Below are positions 1 through 14,178 of a stretch of DNA of 61,305 nt, in pieces. The stretch spans positions 186,001-247,305 of the forward strand of contig NOWV01000112.1 in assembly GCA_003344405.1 (NCBI GenBank), in the 5' to 3' direction. Position numbers and translations under genes: made by a program. The stretch comes from Trichoplax sp. H2. Its lineage: Eukaryota. The notes under the pieces were generated by a model that ran no database searches, was not told the origin of the DNA, and saw nothing but the letters and a program-made list of their open reading frames with translations. The stretch's first letter is position 1; each line of letters opens with the position of its first letter.

Positions 1-1150
1 ATTATGTTCGGCCCGGTCATAGGACATCCCAACAGCTTCGAAAAGATTATGCAACTAAAAGGAGATTTATCTGGATGTTAATATGGATAACTGTATGCTC
101 TGCTTTTATAACTTGGCCTTCGTTTGGAACTGTTACCGCAATAGCAGTTACTCAAAAATCGATTTCTCAACTTACTTCCGGGAACGCAGTAATTTATTTC
201 TTAATTTTTACTGGCTATATTATTACATTATCATTGAATATTCTAAACCCACTCATAATTTTAACATTCGATCAACATCTAAGACGGGCGGTGTGGCTCA
301 AATTTGGAAGCAACTTATACCAAAAAGTTATAATGTTTACATCTAAATCCTGAAATGGACTCAAGATCTAATCAATCCCGCTAATCATATGCAATTGACT
401 TAAGTTTTTCATTATATCTATCCAGATAATTTACCGGTATCATCAGGTGGTAATAGAGGTACTGTATATAGTTTAATAAGACCCGGGAAAAGTCCAATTA
501 GTATCATTAACTATAATATTGCAAATATATCTTATTGTACCGTGTACGAAATATTATTATTGACTCTATATAGCTTAATAGTAGTTGCTATTGTTTCTCT
601 TAATACGAATTTCTAGCCTCTTGATTCGGTTTATAATAATGGGGATGGAATAATATCCACTGTATTTTATGACTAAATTTTTTATATTATAGCATAGAAA
701 CTACTTAATACATCTAAGTATCCATTAAAATGCTAGTTCCTGTACCACTTTTATAGGTAGTATCCTATTTTTCCATTTACAGATATTTGAATTAACATGT
801 GCATTGCATAACTTTACCGGCCAGGTGATGTACCTATTATCTAAATCGAATAGCTGATTGTCTAGTATTATTTTGACGCTGTAGTGAGTGGAAATTTTAA
901 ATAATATAAATGCTAGTAGATATTCTATGATTATGTTGTATTCAATTTAAGTAGGACGTTATCATTATTGTATCGCTATCAACATTTGACCCTATCTTTA
1001 AAATTAACTCCAGGAAGTACAAATAAAAAGTATACGCCTTATATTGAATATAACTTCATAGTTTTCTTTCATTACGGAATTAAAAATTGATATGAATTCC
1101 AAAGTCTTGATATTTCTTACTTGAATCAAGGATACCTCTGTTTTGGATAT
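1..1150. repeat. Old segmental duplication: GPCR 3' end plus flank, paralogous to about 8363-9790
   Basis: Colinear matches continue past the stop codon, e.g. aatggactcaagatctaatcaatc vs aatagattcaaaatgtaaccaatc, tgctagtt(c/t), aaaattaactc and tacttgaa. Boundaries are approximate. Confidence 0.75.
3..353 (+). CDS. Class A (rhodopsin-like) GPCR, 3' part only (ICL3, TM6, TM7, helix 8); 5' end outside the window
   Basis: Open frame from base 3: YVRPGHRTSQQLRKDYATKRRFIWMLIWITVCSAFITWP...LNILNPLIILTFDQHLRR. It aligns to the C-terminal third of the intact GPCR at 14179-15138 (YVRPG...RFIKML...LNVLNPVLYLIFDRQIR). Confidence 0.85.
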   Translation, partial: YVRPGHRTSQQLRKDYATKRRFIWMLIWITVCSAFITWPSFGTVTAIAVTQKSISQLTSGNAVIYFLIFTGYIITLSLNILNPLIILTFDQHLRRAVWLKFGSNLYQKVIMFTSKS

Positions 1151-4100
1151 TATGAATAGATTTTTGATTTAGAAATGTATCATTTCATTATGTATTATTA
1201 CTTTTATGGAACTGAAGCCTAACTCTGATACTATATATTTTATACTGATTGAAAATCTGGAATACCTTTATACTTTCGTACAGCATTTAAAGCATTAACA
1301 TTTAAATGTTGTAATTATAATATTCTATGATCTATTAGCTCACAATATAAAATTAAAAATCAAACATTATACTGACTGCCTTCAATTTATTTGATTTTTA
1401 TTTTACGGTTTATCTAAATTATGTTACGAAGAATTAATTTTGTACAACACATGCACAATTTTAAAATGAATAGACACATTAAGAATGGAAAATGCTCAGA
1501 TGACCCTTGATAATTACTCATTCAATTCTCAAATAAAGCGTAGTATTTATATTCATTTAATGACGAGTTTTAAGATAATTTTTTTTTTTAATTTACGTCT
1601 AGCATTTTAATTAATTATTTTGTCTTGAATTTACCGTATTTTCAATTTATCACCATAAAATAGACTCGGTGAGATTATTCAGCTATTCCCTGATTACATG
1701 CATGAGTTGTTGTGTTGTGAAAGTAGAAGTGTAATATATTGTAAAATGACTAATACTTTGGTAGTATGACATATGAATAAACCTGAGTAATTCAAATTAC
1801 GGAAAATAAAATAATTATCATGAATGATACAAAATTAAGTAAAAATGATGATTTTTGATTAGTTATTTATTGACAATGAAGTCGGCATCGTAATAAATTC
1901 AGTAATTCTGGGCTGTTAAGCTTCTATTCTAAGTCTTGTCAACATTAGGAGATTATGCAAATTTCAGTGCTCTTACGGATTTAAGTTTAATTTCAAATGA
2001 AGATATGATAAAATTCTATTTAAAGTATGGTAATGATTTGAACTGAGTCGTACGATTCTGACATGATTACTATTGCAGTATTTCATATAGTTATTGTATT
2101 AGCGGGACAAGTAGGAAATATTAAAAGTGTAATACTATGACAGCATTTATTACGAGATTTAGATTCGGAATATCCTGATTAGTAAACGTTTAATTCCTAT
2201 ATTTTAAAAGATAATGTCATTATTACTATGGTATAAGAAACATTTTAATAAAGTTTAAATTGTTACTCTTTAATTAATCCGGATTTTGTTTTTAATTGTA
2301 GAAATTAAGTTAGTAGGTCTTGTGGTGTGAAAATCAGGATCTACTCTACAGTATTAAGCACTCAGTTACAATACCTGTTCCTTAGGATAATCCGAATTTT
2401 ATAATAATCGCATAATCGCTAATCCAAAAATTTTATATGACGACTATGACTACTTTTCTGACGTTAGTATTGACAATTGGTGTTTCAGTACGAAGTTGTA
2501 CAGTAACTTCACGATTATATTATAGGGTACATTACAGTACTTTACTATCACATTATAAATCCCCTTTCTCTATGTATAGGGGTTTCTTACTGAGCCAAAT
2601 TCATTTACAACCCCAACAGACTATCGAATGCCCTTTCTTCAGATTAGGCGATCGCTCTTAAATTATTCTTATAGTAATCTATGTATAAACCTTGCAAACT
2701 AGTGAAGAAGAAAAGATGGCGACAATATGATTTAGCAGGGTAAAACTTAAAGATACTATCACTTTCTGGCTACTTTCTATAGTAAAGTAACAATAGTTTC
2801 ATATTAAAAGTTATAAAGGACTCCGCTTTTAGTCTTTTGCTACAATATTTTCCAGTCCTCTATAGTGTTACATAACGCAACATATTTAATGTCTCTTAAC
2901 TCTTCAACGTAAAGAAGAAGTAAAAAGTTATTTATCTTATGCAGATAAATCTTTAGATTACTTCGACAGACCCTGAATTTACTTAAACATTACCAATAAT
3001 GAGCTTAATTTTCATACGCCTGCTTTATGTAGAATATGATAGTGATAGTTTGTAAGATGTTTTGCATCGATCCTAATGTTCTAGGGTCTATGAGCGGATT
3101 AGTCTTAATGTTGAGCACGTACATTATACTTTTAGTAAACCTAAAATATTCTCCTCATTGTTGTTCTACAAAAAGAGCCTGTTTAGCTATTTTAAAGGAA
3201 TCATGATGCTGTTTTTAGGTAAACAAAGCTAGAATATGCTATAAAAATAACTAGGAATAAGATGTCAGGATAATTATTTGTGTGACCAATAAATGCTAGT
3301 AAGTAAAGTAAGCTCATAAGCTGTTGGAAGTGGTTGAAAAAGCTCAATTACATCATTAGGAACGTTTTTCCCCAAATACGTGATCAAGTTATCTTACCTT
3401 ACCAAATTATCTGCTTGAGATATGATTAATTTTCATAGCTATAGTACATCAATTCAGCTAGAGCACATAACTTTCGTAGAACTTGACTGTAATCAGTCAT
3501 TATAACTAGCATTAAATAAGTTAGTAAGAGGCCATTTTTAAAATATCAGCAACTACTGAAATCTAATATTGGTAACTCGATTATATCAAATACAGCTATC
3601 AGCATCATAAAATACGACGTAGGTTACCATAGTTTTGTTTGTTATTAATTAATTTCCGTTTAAGGAAGAGATAAATAAGAAATTTTTGCAACATAAATGT
3701 CTTTAAGTTTCGTCAGTCATAAGCACGAGTATACCTAGATTAATATTTTAATAATGAGTCCGTTTATCAGCTAACGGCTTTAAGCATAATATAGCCATGA
3801 TAACTTTGCTCACATTTCTGTAACAGTTCTGCTATGGGAGTAGATGGAACTAGACCCACCAACTGCATCTACATATTACTCTTATTAGTCGATTGTTATG
3901 TTATGATTCTACATATTTGTACGTGTAATTAATTTATTTACTTATCTCTATCATTTTATAGAATTCTTATATTATAGAAACACTAACTATTACGTTACAG
4001 GTATAACTGATACTATTCCAACATTATCATGATTTGAACCGTCTTGTATATATAATAGGTCCTACCTAAACAAACGCCTTCAAATTAGTGCACCGCTAGT

Positions 4101-5974
4101 CTTGCTATTTATTGTATTAATTTTCTTAGTGCAAATTTTTAAGAAGAATATTGAAATAACTGACTATCCGATCGATTGACAAGATAAAATAAAGTTATTG
4201 TAACTTTACCTAAATGCCATTCACATACTGTACACATAATATCATAATACTGTAATCAGCTGATAAAGTATTTATGAAAATTCGGTAAATAACAAAATTT
4301 GCGAGAATTAATAAATACCAGATAAAAAAAGCGTAATAGAACTGATAACGCATAAATGATGATTAGCTAATATAAAAGAAATCTTTATGCTATTTCACGA
4401 AATGAAGATGATTATATCCGACTCAAAAAGTCAGTGGCAGTAATATTTAACGTCGTGAATCGCGCTTACACAGTAAATGTCAATCAAATTTAAAACGAAA
4501 ATGAATTACCAGGCTAAATTATACTTCGATTACTGTATAATAAATTAAGGCTTACTCTTACTTTGTCACTGTCCATGCAGCGCTTATGGTATAAGGGTAC
4601 TTGTATAATAACGGTACTGGTAACGTTTGCGTATAAATGTCAATCCAGTTTATAGCTCATACTATTATGCAAGCCAAAGCTGATGCAATAGCGATCAATT
4701 AAAACTTATTCTTATTTCGTTTAATACTAGCAATGATATTAGAATAGTTGTCTGGGCAGCATTAAAGGTATAGCGCCATTTATAATGAATGAAGATCAGT
4801 ACTTATCCTCTATTAGGCAAAATACGATACTGAGAAGAATTGATCTGACTAAAAATTAGACTATTAATTTTTAAGTTTTACCTTGTACAAGATGCTTTAC
4901 AAAAAAATTCTGCATATCGGCATTATGCTGCGACTTATTCATTATATTGCTATCGCTAATTTCACGCCTGTAGAAGTGCTGGCCAATCTTTAAAAAAAAG
5001 GTTTTGGTTTCATCTTGAATTATTCAGCTTTTTGTATTTACAATATAGTATGCAATAAAAATGGTAAAACTAATATGATTATATTATCGATTATTGTCAA
5101 TAGCCTAGATCAATGAACATAAGAGCTGATGTTTTTAACTGATTTTTACGACTTTATATTTAAAAATGGCGTTAGCATAAGATGATCTATAGTGAATTTC
5201 ACGCATAGTATCACGAACTGAAAGCTTCACAAACTAAAAGTATCCCAAATGCTAATTTATCCGCGGTGCTATGATTAGGCCGCAGTCAGATTCTAATTTT
5301 CATGACTTTAGATCGATTGCAGCTATCCACTATTTCATACTAACGGCTTCTGTAATCTAATTTAAGGTTTTACCGAAGATAGAGACAACTCTGATTCCAC
5401 CTATCACTATTTTAGAGTCAAATGATACGGCAAAAAGTAGCTACTCTTTTACATTGTATAATTGGTACTGCATTCTTTATAATTTTAAAGACTTATGGAT
5501 ATTAAATATTGTAAATTATCCAAAATAATCGGGCTAGATAATTAAAATCATGATATTAACAGTAACTTAGAGAAGAATTTTAGCCTTAAATTCGCCAGTA
5601 TTGTTCTTAACGCCGCCCATATTGTTCCTACGTAATCCAATTTATTAGGAAATTATTACACTCTACTCGATGCTGGACAATTCACGCTAATTAGATTTTC
5701 TTGATGATTCTAATTTATTTTCTCTTACACTCTTCTACTATAAATTTACGAACATTAAAATCTGCCTATTAATACGGTTTACTCCTATTAGACTGAAGGC
5801 CTCATAGGATATTGGTAGAGGGATCAGAACACCGCGATATTGAAGAGCTACTTCTGCAACTTTGTTAATTCCGTCTTTCGCTTCAGAAATTACCTTAAGT
5901 ATTATATTTCAAATTTTATCTTGTTTTTAAAAAATCCAACTATCTATTAAATATACCGTCCAAGCCTGGAAGAA

Positions 5975-6172
5975 ATGAATACTACAAATACTACGGATCA
6001 GTTTCTCTTGATTTCGTTAGCAATTTATTACTTTGGTTCCTTATCAGGTATTCCAGGGTGTCTACTGGGAATAATATTAAACATTATTATGATCAGAGTA
6101 CTTTTTACTGATCCAAATTTCCAAAAAACTACTTATCGTCTAATCCAAATAGCTGTAATATCAGATATTTCT
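5975..6172 (+). pseudogene. 5' fragment of a GPCR (N-terminus, TM1, ICL1, start of TM2)
   Basis: MNTTNTT...GIILNIIMIRVLFTDPNFQKTTYRLIQIAVISDI matches GLIINIAIVELLLTDRDFFKTTYRLLCISAISDI of the intact gene. Homology stops abruptly after ISDI. Confidence 0.8.
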
Positions 6173-7874
6173 TGCATACAAAGAAGTATTTGCCTTGATA
6201 AAAGAAACTGCTTTTTGTTTCTATTCGGTTAATTAGAGAAAATATGATTTATCAATCTGTTCCGCATACTTCACAAATTATACGTCAACTTGTAGGCGTG
6301 TACGCAAATAGTTAATAATAATATTATTAATCTGTTAGCTATTCATAGCAAAGATAGTTAATAATACAGTGCTTATAGTTAGCTTTTTTACGAAAGTGCT
6401 GACGGGAATGAAAATAGCTTTAATATTGGTCAAATAAAAGCAGGACAATTCGATTAGAATGGAAAGAAAATAATTTCTTTGATTAGCTGAATTTCATTGA
6501 ACATTTTACTGATGCGTTATGATAACAATCATAGCGATTTTTCTGTTAGTTGGATACAAAGACCAAATAGAATGGTATTAATTTAGGTCAAAGAAAGGAG
6601 TAAAATTCGATTAGAGTATAACAAAAAATGATCCTTTTCGTAGCCAAAGACTAATTTACTGATTGTCATTAAATTTTTTGTTGTTATTTAGAGACAGTGA
6701 TTGTCTCAGATCTTGTATTAAATTTTAGAGAGATCCAACATGATAATATAGAGGCAAAATATACATCGGGTTGCGAAATCTGCTGCAAAGAAAATTTAAA
6801 CTAAAAAGGAAGGCTACTCAGTCCGAAATTTTTGTCAAGTATCATTGGATCTACATTAGTATTGTAATACTTATTTTTCATTTTCAGTCCAGTATTTCAT
6901 TTTATTTAAATGTCACATACTGGTAATAAATAATAATAAAGTGAAAGGATTGATAACCAAAAAATTAAGCATCAATGAAATATTTGTCATTATATATTGT
7001 CAATTTTGTATTTGCAAGATATATTTGTAGTGGCTATTAGTAAATATATTAAACATAGGTTATTAACACATGTTATTTATCTTCATGCGCGTCGTTAATC
7101 TACCGTTATGATTAAAGTTTTGTATACGATTAGTGATTATAATCATTGTTTAATGATAAATATATAGGTATATTTTGCACAACTAAGGAATTACTGAGCT
7201 ATTGTCCGCCTCAATAACAGGAGCAATGCGAACCTTTTCATTGCTTTTACTCTACCTACCTCCTATTTAGTATTTCTGACGTTCCCGAAACTTAATTTAG
7301 CTTCTGATGATAAATAATGATCTATGCGATATTTGACCTTTGTCATAAACTTTCTATTCATTAGTCAAATATAATGCAAAAAAAAGTTGGTATATGATCC
7401 TTGCTAACAGTAAATAATGCAGGTAAGGCAATAAACAAATTTTTTGTATTCAAAAAGTTAATTGAACTTTGTTTGAAAAATAACAAAGAAAGTCTGCTAC
7501 GATCATGTACACATTCTAAAGCTTAATGTATGAAACAATTAGTAATAATCATTACCTGTACGTCTCTAGGTGTAAAGGGTTTATTATTTAACATTTAGTT
7601 TACTTTGACATTTATTTAATGAATGAATGTAAATTCCAGCTCTAATTTCCATTAAGAAAATTCGAGCCAAAATTATGAATAAATAGTATAAAAACCGTCT
7701 ATTCTGGTCAGCTAGCCTCGGTATACAGCTTTGATGTTTTAATAATGGTCTGCCGTTTATTTGTTTTACTCAGTTGGAAATAAAATCTGGAGGTTATCGT
7801 TTTAGATATAATATTTGATATCCACTCCTATTACATGAATTAAGAAAGCATCATGGGCTTTTCTTAACAAAAAA

Positions 7875-8708
7875 ACGAATTCAAAAGACTAACTATCGCC
7901 TATTGGGCATGTCAATGCTTTCCGACATTATTGCCTCAGTGAAATCGATCATTGGTTATATCATTGTAACCTTTGATAGAGTAGATCATAGCGGTAGTGT
8001 AACGTAGTGTGCTATATCTATGACCGTCTGAGGTATATCATATGGGAATTTTTAAGATGAATCTAGCTGCAATTGCAATTGATCGCTATTTCGTTTTTAT
8101 CTGACCACTTTTACCTTTCTATCGAGTTTGCCAGAAGAAATTTTTAATCACTTCTGAGATATTAATCTGTGTATCAGTTATAGGAGTAACCTTAACACTT
8201 GCAGTTTATATCACTAGCTATCGCGAAACATCTTTATTTTGCGATTTAATAAACATAATTTTCGCTATATTAGTGTATCTGTTAATTCTAACATCAACAA
8301 TTTATATCATTCCTGTATTCTTCACTGCCATAGCCTACATTAGAATTATTAATTTTCAGAGGCATTACGTTCGGCCTGGTCATCGCACATCACAGCAAAT
8401 TCAAAATGATTAAGCAACTAAAAAGAGACTTATTTGGATGCTAATATGGATTACAATATGTTCTACTTTTATAACTTGGCCTTTGGTTGGAACTCTAGCC
8501 GCAATAGTAGTTACTCAACGATCGGTTTCTCAACTTGAACCTTGTAATTTATTTCTTAATTTTTACTAGCTACATTATTACATTATCATTAAATATTCTA
8601 AATCCACTCTTAATTCTAACATTCCATCTACATCTCAGATGGGTAGAATGGTCCAATATTAAAAGCAGTTTATACCGAGCAACTTTAATTTTTGCAAATA
8701 AATCGTGA
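7875..8708 (+). pseudogene. GPCR pseudogene (TM2-TM7) with multiple stops and frameshifts
   Basis: NYRLLGMSMLSDIIASVKSIIGY...T*C...V*GISYG(fs)...MNLAAIAIDRYFVFI*PL (DRY codons at 8081-8089) ...HYVRPGHRTSQQIQND*ATKKRLIWMLIWITICSTFITWP...LNILNPL. Closest paralogue is the gene at 3-353. Confidence 0.9.
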
Positions 8709-10857
8709 AATAGATTCAAAATGTAACCAATCTAGCTTATTTATATATAATTAATCTGATGTTTTCATTATTCCTACAGTATTTAAACATGCCACGAGTA
8801 TCATCACATGGCAATATACAGACTTTAATAAGAACCGAGAAATTTCCAACTCGTGTTATTAATTACAGAACTGCTACACTACTGGTTGTATCGTATAATA
8901 TTATTATTATTGATTCTATCGAACAGTAGCTGCTATAGATTTCCTGGATACAAATTTCTAGCCCCTTGATTTCTTGTTATACGCGTATGGTTATTATAGA
9001 TTTGACTTTAAGATCCTTTGTGTTTGTGATTAAATACGAGTATTATTTTGTAGTGTAAAATCTTGACCGCTTAAGCATTGATATACGGTGTGGTGAAATA
9101 ACTATCATGACCGAAGCTATGATACAAAAGATAATTTAAAGCATGTTTACTCTTTTTTTTCACTAGTAAATCTACCTCGCAACTTGCTATAGATTAGAAC
9201 TACCCTTCTAATGCTAGTTTTTGTACTACATTAGTTGTTGTTGTATGTTTTTACTTACAGATATTGGAACATGTACGAATTTGCGAGCTTAGTTGGGTGC
9301 TGATCATTTGAATCAAACAATTAATTTGGCGAGTATTACCTTAACACGATAGTATGAGTAGATTTTAGTAAAATAGATGATAGCAGATAGTCTATGATCG
9401 TAGCATATTAATTTCAAGTACTACCTTATCACCATTGTTTCGCTATTATTGGTAGACTTGATCTCCAAAATTAACTCTCAAGAAGTGACAGTAAAATTTA
9501 CATGTGTTCTAAGAAATGCAACATCATTACATATTAAATATCCACAATAGTAATAGCGTACCCACTTGAATAAACTTTGAGCTGTAATTGATAAATAAAT
9601 ACAATTGTTTAACTGACCTAAATTTACTGTGCAGTGATATCGAATTGGTATACTATGACTAAATATTGACTCAACGTTATTGATTTAAGATGTGTTCTTT
9701 CCTTCTATTACTGAAACGAAATCAATTTTAATAGGAAAATGTCGATGATTCCTACTTGAACATGATTAATTCTGTGTTACGGAGCCATACTCCGAAATAT
9801 TAATTGCTATGTTAATTAAAATATCTCATTTAAATTATTGTTTGCTCCAGTAGCTTATTAGATATAAATGTTTATTAATAAGTACTTGTTATTGCCAAGG
9901 TATCAGAAAGTTCAATATTGTTGACGTGTTGGAGCTAACACCTTAGTCAGTAAACGTTAATTAATAACGCCTTAAGTGTAAGGTACAATTACTTTGCAGA
10001 GCCTTGAGGCTCTAGTTGCTATACTAGGATATGTATACTGTACCGTATAAGTCGCTATGTCAAGAATATTCACAAGTGTACCATCGGCGAGACTATAAAA
10101 AGCGGAGCACTAGCTTAGCTTCTCAGTTCCAGTTAGTCATTTGCAGGATCTTTTGACTATTATTGCTAAGAATATTCTTACGTTTTTCTTTAGTACATTT
10201 TACGACTAAGGTTAACGAAAATAAAGTAAAGTATTTAAACCTATTACTCATTAGTAGCTTATTTGTGTAGCTGATAGTTAGTTCAACTACGATAGGTCCC
10301 TAAGTTAGTTGGGAACACAAGTACTAGTGAAGATAGTGTTTTAAGACCCGGTTTCTTGTTACAAAGGAGATTTGTAACATTCTGTCTACGAATATCGCAA
10401 ATAAATTAATGATTTAAATATATTATTCCATTCTTTATTGATACTTGTATTGACATCAAGTTTAAATCCGGCTCTTCTTTAGCAAAACCTTCTGTCATTT
10501 AATTTGCCGTCAGAATATTATAATTATAACTAAATAATTTTTATTTAATTTGCATTGGGTACGAAGGTGTTGATGGTTGCAGGATCAAGCTATAATATTT
10601 ACAGGTTTTAATAATTTTCTTTTTTTAAATTTCAGCTATCAGTAATTATAAATATGATTTATGTAGTTTAAAAATCTGGAATATACTATAGAAGGGTAGG
10701 CAAGGTAATTAATATTCAAAATATTGCATATAAAATAATCTGTGCATTAGCAGTTCACATTGCAAAACTAGCAATAAGAATCCTTGCTGTTGTGTTCAAT
10801 TTCTTTGGAGCAGAAGTTCTGCTTTACTTTCTAATGTTTTTTTTACTGACTTAAAAC

Positions 10858-11157
10858 CTTAGGCATGTCAAGTAATGCTTACGATATCAGACTATTAACA
10901 AGATAAAAAAGCACAGAAGAGTTTTCAATTATTTAATTTTCCCTTACATTAAATCATGAGTAACAGTAAGCAATGTATCATTCAGAAGTTAATTAGATTA
11001 GATAAAAACTGATCTTATTGTTACACCCTGTCGGATTCAGTTATCAAATGAATAGATACAGCTATTATAAAGAAATTGTTATACCTTTAAAGGAATAGAA
11101 GACCGTCTATATTTTGTACAAATAGCCAACGCATATACTGTTATCGGAACTATTGTA
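10858..11157. repeat. Duplicated GPCR 3'-flank segment, paralogous to about 13528-13820
   Basis: cttaggcatgtcaagtaatgcttacgatatcag... vs cttaggcatgtcaagcaatactcacgatatcaa..., colinear through aaatagcca(a/g)cgcat and ctgttatcgg. Confidence 0.85.
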
Positions 11158-11164
11158 CCGAAGC

Positions 11165-11884
11165 TTTTATAAAGTCCTGTAGCCGAGTCGAGTATATTTT
11201 CTTTGAAAAACTATGATTTTCACATAATAAATCATAACAGACGCCAGGAAAACGTATAAGAATAAACCAATAATAACACCATCGATAGCTTTAACGGAAT
11301 TCATACCTACAAAATCATACATTAAAGGTACCTCTCGAAAGAATCTCTAGGCACGGCGTGTCGAAACGGCAGCAGCAACCATATTGTGATTGTTGCAGAT
11401 GTTATTGTTGTTATTCAAATAATAATTCTCGATATCAATAGAAACTTCTTTTTACAGTATGGATAAAATGACGATAGGGCTCTGATAATGACAAAATAGA
11501 GATCGATATCAGTTAGTGCTAGGATTATCACAGAAATCTAAATTGATAAAAATTTAGTTCATATAGTAAGTATACAGTATATTGTACCGGCGTGATAGTT
11601 TAAAGCTATGAAGATCACAAAATAATATCCTGTCATTTGATTTACTTGAAGATACAAAATGAGATATAGCCGATAACAGATATCAAATGATGAGCTCTCT
11701 AACAGAACTCTAACAGAAATCTTGACCGCTAAAAAATAATTTTATCAACCAAATTTTATCATTAATCCGAACGAAAGTGTTTATAGGGAAAATTCTTGTC
11801 GCAATTTACAGTAGCAAGCAATACAGTACATAATCTCGGTTAAACAGATATTTACTGTATATTCGTATTATTTGAGGCAATCAT
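11165..11884 (-). pseudogene. Degenerate GPCR pseudogene (N-terminus to ICL3; TM6-7 deleted)
   Basis: Minus strand reads MIASNNTNIQ*...MTGYYFVIFIALNYHAGTIYCIL...ILALTDIDLYFVIIRALSSFYPYCKKKFLLISRIII*...VPLMYDFVGMNSVKAI...IIVFQRKYTRLGYRT, colinear with 14179-15138. It then joins directly to the duplicated 3' flank. Confidence 0.8.
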
Positions 11885-14178
11885 TATTCTTAAACTATAG
11901 CAGATTATTAGTAGATAATTAATAAGCGATAAATTCTTTATCTAGTGTACAGAAATACGATATAAAGTTTAGAGTAAACTAAGCCTAAGATTTTTCAATT
12001 CAGTATTCGTATGACACGGTAGTTTTCAGTTGGGTTTTCTTTAGGGCTAGCTTAGCACATAATAAAAATTTATGTTTTTCTTACTTTAAACTGATAAATA
12101 AATCAATCTTTGCTAAAATATATGCTGGAAAACCCAAGTAACATGATAGAGAAATAATAATGCTGTTTGTATTATTAGTGCATATAAACAAAAGAAATAC
12201 TTTCGGTAGTACAGTGTTTGTAACGTGAAGGATTATTATCGTATTTTCTGGATTTTAGCCATTGCTAAATGTTCTATTTGTATATAGAGTTTAGTGAGAA
12301 AAATACTCATTAACAATACAATTAAAAGATATTACCTGCTGTTTAGTTTAAATTTATCACCAGCAAGATTCTTGATCGAGAATGGAAGAGTTATCTTGTA
12401 GTTTTATTTAAAGTTCACGAAATACAGTGTTAGCTAATTTCTGTGATCCTTTATTGCACTTTAATATTAATTAACAATGAGAAAACAGCGCATTCTTGAT
12501 ATAATGCTAACATGTAAAAAACATGTTTATTGTAAACCAACCCAGAAATTATAATGACAGAAATTTCAAAATTTTTGGATATCGTAATCAACGAAACTCG
12601 CATACATCCCATTACTAACAGTAGAATTAGTATAGATTCTAAATCGAAATAGTTCATTAGCATGTGTTATGTTCATGTGTGGTATTTATTGCTGATGCGA
12701 TGACTAATGTTAGTATTATTAAACGGAGAGTAAGACGGATTATAAAACTATACACTCATTAATTAAAATATATAAAACGTAGTCGTTAAATTAATAACAG
12801 CACATTCCTAGATAAATAATCTTAAAGAACTATGTTCTATCAGCTATGCAAAGTTACTCTGTAATGCATTTATTTCGTAGCTGAGAAGTCAAAGCCAAAT
12901 AATTCACTATTGTTAACCCTAATTTCATGCGTGTGAAAATACTGGCCTACTTTCTAATTAGATTTTACCTGATTACCAAAATCATTTAGCTCTACCGTTG
13001 TGTTTCTTTATTTATTCATTAGTTCTCATTCATCTGGGCGCTATAGTTTATTTCTTATTTTGCCAAGGTTACATTTACAAGATAACATATCTGTATAAAA
13101 GTGAAACTAATTTAATAGTCATCGTTGTCGATAGTCTACGTCGACAAACGCAGTCCTAATAACTTTTTAACGAATTTTTACATCTGCAGTATTAGAGTTG
13201 AAATCTCGTCAGCATGAGATAGCTAGCAAAATGTTCGGTTAAATGTTGATAAAGTCGCGAAATTTAATTATTTACCTGATTCAACAGGAATAAATATGTT
13301 ATTGCTTATTAATATATTACCATATAGGAAGCATGTATGGTATGATAATTTAGCTGCAAATTTTCTTTTAATGTTTTGTTTTGTGTAGAATGTGTTTCCG
13401 TTTAAATTGAAAGGGAAATTTACTTGTATTTCTAATGAACGTTAGGGTGACTAAAAGCCTTCAAAGCTTAGTTCCAGAGACGATCAGGAGGTAGGTATTT
13501 ATAAATATATTTTTATAGACTTATAATCTTAGGCATGTCAAGCAATACTCACGATATCAAGCTACTATCAAGATAAGAAACCACAAAGGAGCTTTCAATT
13601 ATATATTTAATGTATTAAATCATGAGTAACACTAAGCCAAGTAACATTCGGAAGTCAACTAGATAAAAGTTAATCTTATTATTATACTTTAGTGGATACA
13701 GTTATCAAATGAATAGGTGCAACTATTGTAACGAAATCGTTATGCCTTTGAAGGAATAGAAAACCGTTTATATTATGCGCAAATAGCCAGCGCATGTGCT
13801 GTTATCGGTGCTATTGTAGTAAACGGACAGAAGTTACGTAACAGTTATCAAATTATATGGATGATAAATTCTAGCAGAATGTCGAAGTAGTATTAGTAAG
13901 TAAATTGAAGCTTATTTTAAGTATATTAAAGATTAGGAGATATCGACACCAATTCAGTTATACGTTTATCGTTAACAGGTCACACAAAACTTCTGATATA
14001 ACTTTATCTTAATATTGTCGCCTTGAAATTTAAGTTATGTCAATATAATGCATAAACAGCCAATACAACTACCGTTTAGGCTTAATATCAACTACACTCA
14101 AACTGTAGTGCATTTATGACGCGAATAAATATATCTAATAATTTAATTTTACCACTAAGTTTACGTATGACATGTGCA

